Positions 50,731 to 64,000 of a stretch of 64,000 nt of DNA are shown here, in pieces. Within the stretch, counting starts at the first letter, position 1. Every line of letters begins with the position of its first letter. Origin of the DNA: Tubiluchus corallicola (taxonomy: Eukaryota > Animalia > Priapulida); the NCBI GenBank assembly GCA_030141605.1, contig JAQGDQ010000161.1, positions 124,001-188,000 on the forward strand. Reading direction: 5' to 3'. A program made the position numbers and the translations under genes. The notes beneath the pieces are model-generated. The model searched no databases, was not told where the DNA came from, and saw only the letters and a list, made by a program, of their open reading frames with translations.

Positions 50731-51546
50731 CAAATATTTCTTTTATATGATATTTAAAGCTGCAACATCACAAGTAGTCGATAAACTGTGATTATGTTTA
50801 TAGGTATTAGAATGTTAGTCCCTGACATCACCAGAATACGTATCAATATCAATAAATTTATGTTGTTACTGTACTATTAGTTTCTCTTACGTATTTGCAT
50901 GTTTATCTATATGTTTCTTAAATTAAGTGTATTTGTATGTTACTCTACAGAAATACATCTAGAGCAAATTGACTGAGTTTTCATTTGTAATAAGTCTTAA
51001 CATGTCAATGATTATTTAAAGTGCTAGACATATTAGCCGTTTTGAACGATAATGAAGTAGGATTTGGCAACTCCTGTGATGCATACTTACATACTGTATT
51101 GCACATTTTGTGACCAAACATAAAACTTCCCTCCATTTGTCTAAGCATTCTAGTTTATTTGTTGCCGTAGCAATATACCCATTTGGATACTCAAGTACGC
51201 ATTAAGTTGGTTTTTAAATTACATTTTGTGATAACGGTTTTATTGCCGAGTGCTTAGTCAGTATAAAGCGCTTAAATTTCATCAGTGTGTAGAGTAGCGG
51301 ACAATATAATAGTCATAAATTCATTCTTCTGAAAACAAATTTGAATTGAAGTAACAACATTAATTTCCTGCTTGACTGCAAATTATCCTGAGATAATGAA
51401 CAAGAAATAATTTAATTGAAAAATGGTTACATTTTATCTTTTTTTATGATTGCAAATCAATTTAATTAAATTTTGCTGGTGAAACGATGTAGTGGTGGAA
51501 TATGTTCACTGAAATTTTGAAAGCAAAGGAAAACTGTGTGAAAAGG

Positions 51547-51622
51547 TCTGTTCTGAGGCTGGTTTGAACCAGGAACCTATGTATTATAAGTCTGACTCCC
51601 TGACCACTAGACGTTACAGTCA
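51547..51622 (-). mobile_element. tRNA-derived SINE head or tRNA pseudogene
   Basis: Minus strand has GTCTAGTGGTCAGG (A-box) and CCTGGTTCAAACC (B-box); the stems do not pair properly. Confidence 0.5.
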
Positions 51623-54600
51623 CTTCAGGTCTAAATTCAGCCTATAATAGTCATCTAGCAATCTAACATTTCCAAATATGAATTTACTCACATACTGACA
51701 CTAGGGTAGTCAATTATTAATTTCATTCATTTTTATGATTAATTTGGAGCTTGGAGTTAACTGATTAAGCGATTTTCATGGATAATTAATTAACTACATT
51801 TATGTAGTGTTTTACGTATTTAGCAAACACAACACGATTCGGCTGATTTATTAAATATGCCTGTCAATTAGAGACAACTTATTTTGCACATAGTGCATTT
51901 TTGTACTAAAAGCGTCTATAGTGTCAGTTTTGTTTAAAGTAATAGTTTGGTTATTATAAATTTTATTTTTAAGTTTTGACGGGCTATGCAACTTATAATA
52001 TAAATTTTTAGAAACGTGTTTTAAAAGCTTCAAGATTTGTGATAAGTGTTAAAAATTAAAATACTTATGAGTACCAGTAAAAAATTGACCATTGTCCAGT
52101 GTCCTTGACCTTTAACTGGAGATCACTATACTATTGCCTGAGCCCCTACTCAGCGAATTTGGTGACGCTATAGGTAGCATGGTTTTGGAGTTATTCACTG
52201 TCGCAGCGGAGAAATAAAGAATAAAATAAAACATCGTGTAATAGTGAGCGGGTGGGACAGCTAGAAAATTTATTGAAAAACCCCGTGTCCTGAAGGAACC
52301 CTTGCTGTGGTTGAAGCAGGAAATTGGTTCCCATCGTATTATGGAGATTATAGGCTGTACGCAGTATGAGGGATTGTCGGTCTTCTGGTTAAAATATTGA
52401 CTGTCGTCTGTATAAATATGCCACAAGGAATACCTAACTCATGTTATTGTACTGTCTGAATGAAGCAAATTCTTTACACGTTTCTAAATTATAATATCCT
52501 TTACCATCTCGAATTGTAACATTTTTGTCGATCTTGCATTATACATGAAATTTGAGGAAACTTGTTAGCGTACTGAGTAAGTTTAATGGAGGCTTGTAAA
52601 TTGGATAGCCTAATTAGACGATTAATAAGCCTCATCATCGACGAGACCTATGAAAGCGCAGCTGCAGCTGTGTTTTGATTGTAAATAAGTTCTTGCTTTC
52701 TTGCTGACCTGTATTTTAGGCACAACGTTTTGGGAAGCAAAAACAATTGACCACCCACTGTGTGACTTACTAGTTAGCCACCACCCTCTATAGTTTCTTT
52801 CTTTTAATACTTCAGTTTTTCAATCGCGCAAAAAGTGATACGTAATCAAGAAAATTCTTTCTTTCGGTGTTCCCATATACCGTAATACATATTTAACGTT
52901 TGCAAAAAATTCTCATTGCACAATTTGCACTATCACTAAGCTTTTTGTGTTTCAGCAGGGCTAAGGAAAGAAACAGGGTAGAGTGTTCAACCAAGTATAC
53001 TGGAAAAGTATTATCTCGTTTCCAAGAGACGAATTTGTTAAAAGAAGTAAAACATGCTTGAGCAGTAGTTGGTTCAACTAGATTATGGGCGAATTTTTCA
53101 TCATTATTAAACATTGTGATATTTCGGCTACGGCAGTTTTGCAATATTTTATAAGTGCTTTAGAACTTCGGGGGATCTCGGTTTATAATGATGTGCTGTG
53201 ATTTAGATGATTCTCGACTGAGGGCAGGATTCTGGTGACAAATATTGACAAATTGACGACTAATACAATAAACTGATGCGTTTAAGCAATTTTGTGAGTA
53301 TAGGCAGTCATCTACACTTCAATTTCAATTCGATTTCTTATTTTCTGCGTTGGGCCGCTTGGATGTAAAGTGGCGTTTACTTGCGATCAGGAATGTGTAT
53401 GCGTTATGCGGATGCGGAATCGATAAAATCGGTTTATATTGTTTTCAATGCACCCATTTATCAGACCTGTGTTTATGCGTTATTTTTTCTGCAGCTATTT
53501 CCTATTGATTTTTTTATACGTAGTTATTACACAGGTGGACAACGTATTCCGGATGGTACATAAACGCCACTTTATGAATTTGGCGTTTTAAATGGTTTTG
53601 TCTGTACAACGTCGCAGCAGCGTCTGCAGCAAAGTTGAGAATCAGGTCTTCGTGTGAATTTCAACCTCGCCTCAGTGATCGTAGGAGTTAAATTATTGTA
53701 TCTGAGCGCAAATTATTATCAGTTTTGCGATAGATACCTTGACAGCTGTTGTACAGGCCTTCAGAAGGCCAAGTTTTTCTCCTTAGGTGGTTCCTGGATT
53801 AAAAAATCAAATTATTTGACTTCTGTTCTGGCGCCCATAATTAGTTTCAGCTGCAGTTATTTAAAGCGAAAGTTTAAAAAGATCAATATAACAGCTTTAA
53901 ACTTTCTTTTACACATTTTATGTATTATGTGTTGGCAATTTTATCCGTATACTAACACAACTGATATCTATTTTAGGTCTGATGAATAAAACTTAGTCTA
54001 GCAGTTAACAGCGTTCGCATATTAACGTCTGTGCACTTAAAACGTATTTACAAGCGTCTCTTTCTCAAGGTTTTAATGTTGAATACCTGAGTGTCAGCTT
54101 CTAGCATGCTGTTTGTTGAGCGCAGACGATCGTTTCGACAAAAAATGCCCTTACCAATGCTAAAAATCAAGTCAAAAGAAATAATCAGTACGTTTATGAT
54201 GCTGCAATAGCAAGGCACAAAAAATCATTACAAAATCAAATGAGTGAAATTTAAGTTACCAGCATATGAATAGAAATAACCTTAAAGAAAGGTTCTATGA
54301 AAAATGTTGGAAAGATAAACAGAAGTGGTGCTGACAAGACACTGGCATAGCTTTATGATACAGTGTCTAGCTTTATACTGGATTACTGCTGTGTTTACCT
54401 GTCTTGAGAGCGGAATTCTTTTATTTTAGAATTCTGCCTGCAAAATGTATAGCGGGCAAATAATGATAATGAAAACTTCACTATAGTTAATACTGTAGAT
54501 TTTTTCAAAACATAAATTTTAATTATACATGGTTAATTGGTTTATTGCTACATAAACAAGCAGTACAGTAATCTACTGGACCATTAAGCCTACATTCTCT

Positions 54601-55776
54601 AATAAGAATTTTTATGTTCACATTTCTCCAGCCTGCAATGGTAAATGTAATTCAACTCGCATACAATAAACATCAGTCTATTTGTGGACAACACAACTTG
54701 TTGCTAAATTCTTGCTCATCTGTATACAATAAAAAATTTCCCATGCGGAATGGCTTAGCTGTTTTATGTATTTGGCACCCCGCAGACCTAGTTATCCTTT
54801 TCCTGCTAAATTACGTTGTATTGTATCATGATGCTCAGTTGGGGAGGGGTGAAGTTCCCATGTGGTACACAGAACAGTAGCTCTCTTGCTGTTGAGGTCT
54901 TTCCGATCGTCAATCCTGAATACTGAATCCTTTTGTTACTAACAGCTCTATACATACCGGGAAAGCTTTCACCATCTTATTAAGTCTTACTCTTTTTAGG
55001 GTAACAATAAAAACACATCTGCTCAATGCGTATTGTGTGTTGAAGGTTACAGTATGCAAAATTCATGATGTGAATTAAGTTACGAGCAAAAATCGGAACT
55101 TTTTATTTGGAAGAGTTTCTTGTTGACGAAAGGGCTAAATGTGGGTTTACAAAGTTGGGTTAAAGTGCCTGGGCACTAGAAAGTCTGTATGCTGTCAAAA
55201 GTTTTGACGTACATCTAGTACATACAGAACTAGATATATAGGCATCTTCTGGTAGAGCAGTTTAAAACACGTTTTTCAGTTTAGTTCACCAAAGCTCAGT
55301 AATGCATCTTAATTTAGCTTATCATTTAGCTTTGCTGCTGCTTCACATTATTAATTCTAATCTGGAAGTTCCTACACGCAAGACGGCCTTTCACTCGGAG
55401 TTTTTATCTCTGGAATTCTTAATCAAAAACTTGTTTAAATTGCTAATTTACAAGTCTCGCTTGTTTTTAAAGACGAGCAACAACCAATACCGTACCATCG
55501 TTAAAAGCTGAATATATAGCTATATAGAATTCTTGTTTTTTGCTCTTATACTATATCCCCTGATCCTAGGTTCCGTGGCCCCTATAGCTTGTTTCATTCG
55601 TTTGTGATAATTTACACGAAAAAAACAAATTACTGTAAATCAAGAAAAGAAAAAAATAGATCGCATCTTTAAAACCCACGCACTATAATAACTGTTGTAA
55701 TGATAATTTACGCAGGATTTTCTTGCATTCCGAAAATAAGTTTTACATTAAATTGCCCTGGGACAGGTACAGTATG

Positions 55777-55845
55777 TGAGTCATCGATGAACTTTTAACC
55801 AATGAGGCGTCTATCTGACGTCAGCGCTCAGCGCCAGCCAATCAA
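55777..55845 (+). promoter_or_regulatory. Candidate proximal promoter of RhoU/V: AP-1, CCAAT, CRE, CCAAT
   Basis: TGAGTCA 55777-55783, CCAAT 55799-55803, TGACGTCA 55816-55823 and CCAAT 55838-55842, ~430-490 bp upstream of the ATG. Confidence 0.55.
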
Positions 55846-56267
55846 TGAAAGTGGAGAGTGCGTCTCGTTGCGCTGGCTTTAGCTGTACATGCAAAAGTCA
55901 TGCATTCACAATTTGCTAATACAGTACCCACGCAGACGTTTCACAGTTCAGTAGTTGAGTTTATTTCTGTATATTTCGTGGAAAATAGTTGAAAACGGTG
56001 ACGTTTTACATTAGTACAGTCTTACTGCATTTTTGAGCATCATTAATCAGTTACCATCAGTTAAAATTTGGATAAATCTTACTCAACTTGAATAAGCTCA
56101 CTTGTTTTGCGGAAAGTGCAAAACTGCGTGCTTGTCTGTAACCATGATTTTGTGGCGATTTCTCGAGTAAGTTTTTTGTTATATCAATAAAGAACGCTGG
56201 ATAAAGAACTTGAACGTCGCAGCAATAGTGAATTTGTTTTCAAATTTTATAAGAAGGTGATGTTGAA

Positions 56268-59200
56268 ATGCCTCCACATATGCAAGATCATAACCACAGC
56301 GCACAAGTTCCAGCCGCATTGGCATTTCTAGTGGATCCTTCAGTACAGTCGGATGATGGGGGAGCCGGAACACGAGTCAAATGTGTTTTAGTGGGAGATG
56401 GAGCTATAGGCAAAACCAGCTTAGTGGTTAGTTACACAACAAATGGTTATCCGACAGAATATGTACCCACTGCGTTCGACAATTATTCAGGTTAGTATTT
56501 TTATTGTTGACTTTTAATTGTTGCCCTGACGCCATAAAATCCTCCATTTGTTGTTTTTATGTATCCTTTATATAATTTCCCTTTCAATTGCACTGATTTG
56601 TAGGACTATAACATCATTACTGCGTACGTCCTGTGACATTCACGACTATGGACGTGATGTCGAAATTGTACAATTGTTGTTTGGCTAAAATGGTTAAAAC
56701 AGGACAGAGACACTTATTTACAGTCACTGGGACAAAAGACAACATTAGCTATAGGCTACTATAACCGATTCTTAACGAATACAACAACACTCTGATACGT
56801 CACGAATAAATAACACAGATAACAACTGTTTGTGCCAATTCAGGTGGTCGTGAGATTCGAACTCCGGTTGCAAGCAGAGAAGCACCTACAGTCCGTTATC
56901 TTAACCACTCGGCCACCCGTACTGACGATATAATTAACATATAATTAAAATAAACAGAATATTTTGTTTCTCAGTATTGGCTTAAAGTCTTACAGGTGTT
57001 TAATGCTAACATGACAAATCAGAATGCACCCTATTAATGTTGACAGTGTTATGTATGTACTGGTAACTTGAACATTGAACACGTGTGAATTCATAGCATG
57101 CAGACTCACACATACAAGGAAAGATTTATGCATCTGAATGTACATTTGCCAACATTAACAAGTCGTATATCCACACGCACATGTTGTTTATAGTTCCCTA
57201 AAACAGCTCCTGACTTTGTTGATTATTATATTGTAGGGTAAACTGCAAACAGAAAGTAAACATTCGTGCCATGATCTGGCGATTGCGAAAATCCCAAGTC
57301 GATTAACTCGATTCGTATTACAAATTTGAAAATTGCGTTGTTTACATTATGCTGGGATAATGTGTAATGAATTATTTTTTGTGCTGTTTGTACATTTCGC
57401 TCGGTCTAATAGGGGAATAATATACATGTAAATCGTTCAAAATTCAAGAAATCTTTTAGGCCTTCAAGAAATTTCTCTGAAATACCAAATTTGCAAATTT
57501 TGATGTTACTTTTGAGAAAATTTTTCACAAATTCAGAAAATCTAGGACTTCACATGTATAGACATTTATTTTCAGAGTACAATTTACCTTCTAATTATTT
57601 ATCATCTTCTAATCAAGATATCGACAATCGTTAATAGTTTTACTATATACTTAGATGTCGTTATATACATGTAAATATATTATATGAATACAATCTCCGT
57701 ACTGTTGTAAGTTATGATTCATTAAATTAAAACTACATTAAAGTTGCACAGTGTGCAATAAATGGCTTGTTTGTACATTGAACAACCTTCTAGATTCGCC
57801 GGTTTTATATAAAGCTAAAGAGTAGTGAGAGTCATCATAACGTCTGGAGGTCTAAAGTCATTGATAAGTAATGACCCATAAAAAGCATGTACAGCAAACG
57901 TAGGCCTGCACTTGCAGTCACTGTGATCGTCTGACATTTTTACTGTAGTTGACTGTTGTAACTTGTTAATCTGTACTGCATGAAACCTGTGAGGAAAAAC
58001 ATGTGACGTTGTTAACGCAGTACCTTTTGTTGCCTCGTCCTTGGAAGTTGCCTCTTATTTGTCATTTAAGGTGAATAAAATTTGCTTTTGGGAGTACGGT
58101 ATTAGTGTCTGTTATTATTCGTCTTCGCTCTTCACCAACCGTACAAGTGTTTGCACAGTACCTCAAGTTTTCCGCTGCCAAAACCTTTTTATGATCGCGT
58201 CCACTTCATCCACTGGTCAAACATTTGGTCTGACCCTGTTCTCGGACAGTTTCCTGGGAACTGACCACTACTCTAAATATAGTTGGTGGGAAAGAGTGAG
58301 CTTTGTGAATGGGTCTAACACTCTTGGCATTCGTGCGGACATATCGGTTTATCTCCTTAATTGTTCCTTCTCTGCTTGGCTTGACCTCTATGCAGATTTA
58401 AGCTAATTTATCTTCAGCACTATTGTTAGAGCATTTAAGGGGCTAGCTAAAATAATGGCGTATAGTATTTGTCTACCCGTGGTGTGATAAGCAGACTACG
58501 CATTCTTGCTTGTAATGGAATTCTGTCAATGTACATTATGTAAGGTTAGAAGATGGTAGCACTTAAGCTAATTGAAAATATTCCGTTCTTTAAGCGTATT
58601 GCTGTCCTAAGTATTGATTGAAAACCTGACCTTTATAAGAAAATATTGTTCGAAATTTCAGTATGGCTAAAAGAGAGCGTAATTTTCATTATTTCAAGTG
58701 TGGATTTATGAGTGGACTGTGACGTAAACTCACTAAAATTCGTGTTTCTGCTTGGAGACTATCTTTATACAACTTTTTTATAAAACGAATTTTCCGTTTT
58801 TATATCTCTCTGAGTGCTATCTTTTCGTTTCAAAAATATACTTTGTGCAAGATGCTGTGCCATTAATGGACATTTTTTATAATGGTCTTTTCTCACAAGT
58901 TCTCACAACTCTCAATGGTTTCTCTCTCACAATTTACGTCCACCTCCGAAAGACCATGATAGAAGTACTATTTATCCTTCATTTTGAGAATGAATTACCT
59001 GGTAGTAAAATTGATGTGAAAATAGCTTAAATAAATTAAGTTCAGGGTTATGTCAAGCTTTACTGGTTGAATGCTGTCATACTGGTTTTTTAAGCTCACT
59101 TTGATCTTATGGCATTTTTAGGAATTTTGCGTCGCAATTTTTGTTTTAAACGGAAGCGTTTAACCTGTGCTGTAGTTGATAACAAAGTTTGATAGATATT

Positions 59201-59746
59201 TAAATGCATCTATTCTGTTATTCTGCCGCTAGTCTGTAGCCTTTTAGTTGCATGCACTTTCGCTATACATTTGAATGAGATGAAGTAATAGAAGTTTAGT
59301 TTTGCTGTACATAAAGTCAACTACGCAAGAACGTGCATAGAAAGTTTATGTTCTAGTGACTTCTATGGTATTTTCTGTGGCGATGCAAGCTCATACAATA
59401 GTACATGTTCACCTAAATTCATCATCTACAGGTCCCTACTGTTATAATGTTTAACAGCCCTGGACATTAACTCAACTGGTTTTTTGTTGAAACACAAGAT
59501 AACCAGCATCAAAGCCAGTTTATTTTAACTTTACTGTGTCTTAATGACAGTTTATTTGCACCCTTCATGTTAATAATGAATTAAATGTATCGTTGAAATA
59601 ATAACGAACGATAACACTGAAAATTTATGATAATTAATATGCTTTGCGATGACTGCTTCAACTATATTAAATGGTTTTTGTTTTCAGTTGTGGTTACAGT
59701 GGACAATCAACCAGTAAGAATTCAACTCTGTGATACTGCCGGACAG
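56268..59746 (+). CDS. RHOU: Rho-family GTPase RhoU/RhoV (Wrch-1/Chp) subfamily, exons 1-2; continues beyond window
   Basis: Exon 56268-56490 encodes [40 protein letters not shown]. Exon 59688-59746 encodes [29 protein letters not shown] and LCDTAGQ are diagnostic of RhoU/V. The window ends in acceptor-like TGTGTTACAG (63991-64000). Probably the single pro-orthologue of RHOU and RHOV. Confidence 0.92.
56841..56922 (-). pseudogene. tRNA-like sequence (SINE head or tRNA pseudogene)
   Basis: Minus strand GGGTGGCCGAGTGGTTAAG...GGAGTTCGAATCTC has good A/B boxes, but the acceptor, D and anticodon stems do not pair. Confidence 0.6.
58030..58400 (-). mobile_element. Possible degenerate LINE ORF1 fragment
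   Basis: GC-richer island. Minus-strand translation gives FRVVV, then (frameshift) [14 protein letters not shown], resembling the P..WP...RF end motif of CR1/L2 ORF1. Confidence 0.35.
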
Positions 59747-60284
59747 GTGAGAAATTTTGAACAAATATCAAAAGTCTGGCCCCCTTAAAGTTAAAACTTA
59801 CTGATTCTCATTCTTTTTCTAGTATATACTTATACAGTTTGTCTTTGATGTTTGATTTCCACCGCTTGTCCTTGAGTAACCAGATTTACAGGATCCTACT
59901 GTTATTCTGTAATTTAGACGCTAGCTTAACATTTAATTATAGGAATGGAAAAACTCTTCCAAAAATTGCGAACATGGTAACTGTGTACTTGACTATTGTG
60001 TTGATTTTTTGGTTGTCAATTTTGGTACTGATTTGCTAGCGGTTAACCTACGCAGAGTTAATTTCTTACGTTTCACAAAGTACAGTGCGCAGATCCCTTT
60101 ATCGTCTTATAGGTAGTTGTTATTTTCTAGAAGCTGTTTATTGTTGGGCCCGATTTGCATCCTAAATATTATGCAAGTCGTTGTTAAAGGTTAAAACCCC
60201 CTTACAAATACTGTAAAGTTGTTGCTTACAAAGCGCGATTTGCTGTCCGTGTAAAAGACGCGCGTTAAACTTTATTAGGTATTT

Positions 60285-60593
60285 CAGCGCTGAATTATCT
60301 TATAGACTGCCGCCTAGGGCCCCTAAAACTTTGACCCTCAAGCTGTGATAAAAAATCGGTTTTTTTAGTACGGTTGTGTTGAAGTATCTGCTAATTTGGT
60401 TTACAAATAATAATTTAAAAGAATTTCTTTTATTGACAAACAAAAGGTAACTATTCCAGCTTATTTAAAGAATTTGCAATAAGCTACTTCATACTATGTA
60501 AATGTCGATGTCACGACTAAAAATATTCAAGACGGGTTCGGGTTAGAGGATGGCAGCCCTATGGGGCCCCTAAAAGGATATAATCCGGCCCTC
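60285..60593. mobile_element. Decayed hAT-type MITE
   Basis: Ends CAGCGCTGAATTAT / ATAATCCGGCCCTC, subterminal GGGCCCCTA, internal identity with positions 1-168. No TSD retained. Confidence 0.55.
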
Positions 60594-61242
60594 ATTATAG
60601 TGTTTATAGAAGTACGTACATGTAAAAAAATAAACATGTACGTATGCACCATAAACAAACAAACTTGTACATTCCTGCATTTTAGTTATATGGTAGGCCT
60701 AATTTACACTTTATTGGATAGACGGTTTTGTTTGTACAACAAATGCCGGTGTCCCATCAATGTGCCTCTCGTAATACCTGTACAAGAAACGTAAGATCAA
60801 TAAATAGATTGTATAAAGAAATCACAGAACTGAACCTAAAAGTTGATAATCATATTATATAGTTCAAGGTCATTGTACAATGTATAAGCAGGATCTACAT
60901 TGTACGTAACAGATAAACAATTTTGAGAATTTTTCGTGGGCGGCGCCCCTTCCTTCACCGTCCCGTTAGAACTTTCGTTATTTACATCTGAATTTAAAGA
61001 CGTCACTACCCTGAAACCATTTATGATGCTTGCCTTCCATTATTTCTAATCGTTGGTCGCCATCCTTGTATCTGCTTGTTGATAACGTTCGTGATTAACC
61101 GGGGTCATTGCTTCGTAAATAGTACACAAACTAGCAAACGACACATGTTTACTGTGTACGCGCTTGTGCGTGCGTATATGTGTGCGTGCACGAACTCCAA
61201 AACATTTTCTGAGATTTACTTACAAGCATCTAATTAGAACCA

Positions 61243-61294
61243 TAATAGCAAGGAATGATCCTGGACCCAAATAGCAAGGAATGATCCTGGACCC
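61243..61294. repeat. 26-bp tandem duplication
   Basis: AATAGCAAGGAATGATCCTGGACCCA twice. Confidence 0.9.
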
Positions 61295-64000
61295 AATCAG
61301 TTCCTAATCGTACATTTACATTCTAGAGAAATTAATTCTTCAAAAGCTGCCAGAATTGGCCTAAATTCTATTTTAAAATTAAATTTTATTTTTTTTAAGA
61401 TTATTTTATTAAATTTAGGCTTAAATTTGTTTGAGCAGGCGGTAAATATTGGTAAAAGCATAGCGAACGCCTTCAAAAGTGGTCCTTGTGATGGTCAAAA
61501 AAATTTCACATAAGTGTTCACATAGCAAATAAATGTTCTTGCTCCATACTTCATAAAACTACATTTTGTTTATAAATTAGATGAGAGACAAAGTTACAAC
61601 AATTTTCAGAAGTGTATTTCTCAATTGCATTTATATGCAAAAATTGTGCTTTATTTTCTCTCAATAATCCTAAACTTCTTAAACCAGTTATACAATTCTC
61701 GTCCATTCCCTATTACTTCATCTGAGCTCTCTATCATCAGCATCATATTCTTAGCATGGCTGTAATAATATTTCTACATAAAATATTCAATATTCAATCA
61801 CATTACAGGAAATTCCTGTAGGAACCTGATTCCCACATTGGTTAGATTAATGGTATTTATGATGCTTAATTGCCGTGTAAGCCGGAATCTAGCAGTTATT
61901 GACAGACCCACAGTTCGCTTTTAATGTCGAGTGACTGGTTCTGGGACCAGAATCTAGGCATTTGTCTGTTGTAATCTTCTAACCTGAAACTCTGAAATGG
62001 CAGAGGTGTTTTAACCATGATTGGTGTGTATCCCTCGTGCGTAGCCGCCCATTCATTTACAAACTAACCTGCTTAACTATCATAGCAAAGTACTCACCGT
62101 GACCACTCAGTTATTTTTCCCCACAACGTGGTGTTAGCTACATTTGAATATTATGCGTTCATTTTCTATCATATACAAGCTGCATATTACACAGCGCATT
62201 ATATCATATGCATTTGGAACTTTTAAGCCCCAGTATTAATGTAGTGTCCATAAAACGTACATTAAAACAGAATATAATCACTTTCATCCCTTTGGAAAGG
62301 TTGGGCATCTGGTAAATATACTTTAATAAAGGTAATTTTAGCTGGTCTTAACACCAACACGTAAAGCACTGCATCATTGGAAAAATGCTGAACATTGTTA
62401 TTTCACGCGTACTCGTAAAAATTCACTGTCTTTATATTTAATGTTTTACTATATAGATCATTTTTGATGAGATGCTACTATGATGATGAGATTCTTAATA
62501 GCAGTCTATCTAAAGCTGCTGTTAAATAATATGTTTATTTGGCGACAAAGGCTCAGCGAAGGAATTTTTGACTTTGAGCTGCATTCTGCCGAGGAGCACA
62601 AACTTAGCATGTTTAGCAATAATAGTCACGGTTAGTTGTCAATAATTATTCGTCTCCATAAAGCGGATAATTATTTGCATGAATGAATAATACCGAAATA
62701 ACTAGGTGTTTGTCACGTTCGACCTGTTATGAATCATGGTTGTTTGTGAGATTTTGTCGGTACACACCCTCAGTCTACCTCATGAGTAATACATAAAGTG
62801 GTACAGACCGAGAGGCAGCGCTAAGCTAACACTGTAGGCAGTTGTTGGTGACAATTTAGGCTTGTAAATTGAGTGGCTAGGTCCTATTGTGAACACGCCT
62901 TTATAGGGTTCAAAGTATGTATTTTTCTGCACCGTCGTATTGATAACTGAACATATTTGTGCACTAGTGCTGTACACAGTACGCCGCCATTGGTTGCTAT
63001 GATGTCGGCGCCCTAGAACAGCTGGTGTTAATCTTGATCGATTAAATTAAATTACGCCGGAAACAGTGGTTCAACCGAGAAACCAATAGACGTAATTAAC
63101 ATTGTGTACCTAGCGTTGAACGTAGGAATTAATCAACAAGGCATGTCATACTCATCGATTTCCAATTAATCATATTTGTAACGTTTTAAAAGTATTTCAG
63201 ACTTGTCGGCATTTAAGTATGTAGGTCAAAAGAAACGTAATAAAAAGCGCAGTGCTACTTGTAAACACAGTTCTTTTAAAAGTAGAAACTTTCAGATGGG
63301 CAACCATCCATGTCACAGTTTCTTTTCTATTCACTGCTCGAGATTTAACGCTTCTTTGCCCATCCAAAGGTCCGTTTGCAATTGTTGCCCAGATATATAT
63401 ATATATATATATAATTTTAGTAATATTAGTAATTTGACAGTCACGTGACTGTTTGTACAGGGATGCATTGTATTTTACAATTCTAAGCATTTTTTATTTG
63501 TCATAATAATTATTATGACCCACTATTCATTAACAATAAAGAGGAGCCAGAACTGCTAATTAGTGGACTTCAAGACAACCTTCCTTAAGCACTTAACTAA
63601 TAAAACTTGACCGTGAATCACAAGACTTGTCAGTTGTTAGAGATTTTACCCATTGAAACACAATTGCAAGTGTTTGCCTACACGCAGTTGATCAAATAGT
63701 TTGAGTAGGTTCCTATTTTCATTTTTCTGTAGCTGTACTGGCTGTAAAACCTAATAAACGTTCTGATTGTGCCAGAAAGCTTTTCAGCTCTTGCAGTAAG
63801 ACTAGATTAATGAATCTGTACAATTTAATTTCCTCGGGTGTATTATCAACTATACATAAGCATGATAGATGAAAATGGGTGTAAAACGAGGAAGTAATAA
63901 TTTATTGTTGCTGTTGTACGCCTAAGGTAATATGCCAGTATCTAGAATCATATGAAGAGTTAATTTTATAACAAACATGTTTTGTGTAAATGTGTTACAG

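Noticed and set aside
46881-50791. ORFs with FYSIL and CV repeats (46881-47120, 50591-50791)
   Set aside because: Translations of the (ATTCT)n and (TG)n microsatellites.
56841-56922. Functional tRNA-Tyr (CTGTA at the anticodon position)
   Set aside because: Acceptor, D and anticodon stems do not base-pair; treated as a SINE head or pseudogene.
1-64000. Prokaryotic-type systems (CRISPR arrays, operons, defence islands, rRNA)
   Set aside because: This is spliced eukaryotic DNA; no spaced direct-repeat array, rRNA or long intronless ORFs are present.

Overview
AT-rich, intron-rich animal genomic DNA from an invertebrate bilaterian; the species cannot be determined from sequence alone. Four spliced protein-coding genes were rebuilt by hand with GT-AG junctions and continuous reading frames. 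These are the 3' part of polybromo-1 (PBRM1, +, 11 exons, ends 10413), complete GINS1/PSF1 (-, 7 exons, 12158-20626), complete ABHD12 (+, 12 exons, 21336-49373) and the first two exons of a RhoU/RhoV GTPase (+, from 56268; exon 3 probably starts just past the window). Introns hold LINE debris (RTE, CR1/L2), hAT, Harbinger and mariner MITEs, tRNA-derived SINEs and microsatellites. Most notable: (1) a 252-bp Penelope-like inverted element with a 10-bp target-site duplication (TSD) and two minimal hammerhead-ribozyme motifs at ~29.7-29.9 kb; (2) the head-to-head GINS1-ABHD12 pair, also head-to-head in human, with only 709 bp between ATGs; (3) a back-to-back twin tRNA-SINE split by a hAT MITE; (4) C2H2 fingers and Rbfox-motif-flanked symmetric exons in PBRM1. 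I see no prokaryotic or CRISPR-type system and cannot claim a wholly new system. All comparisons with human proteins and exon sizes are from memory, not from a search.
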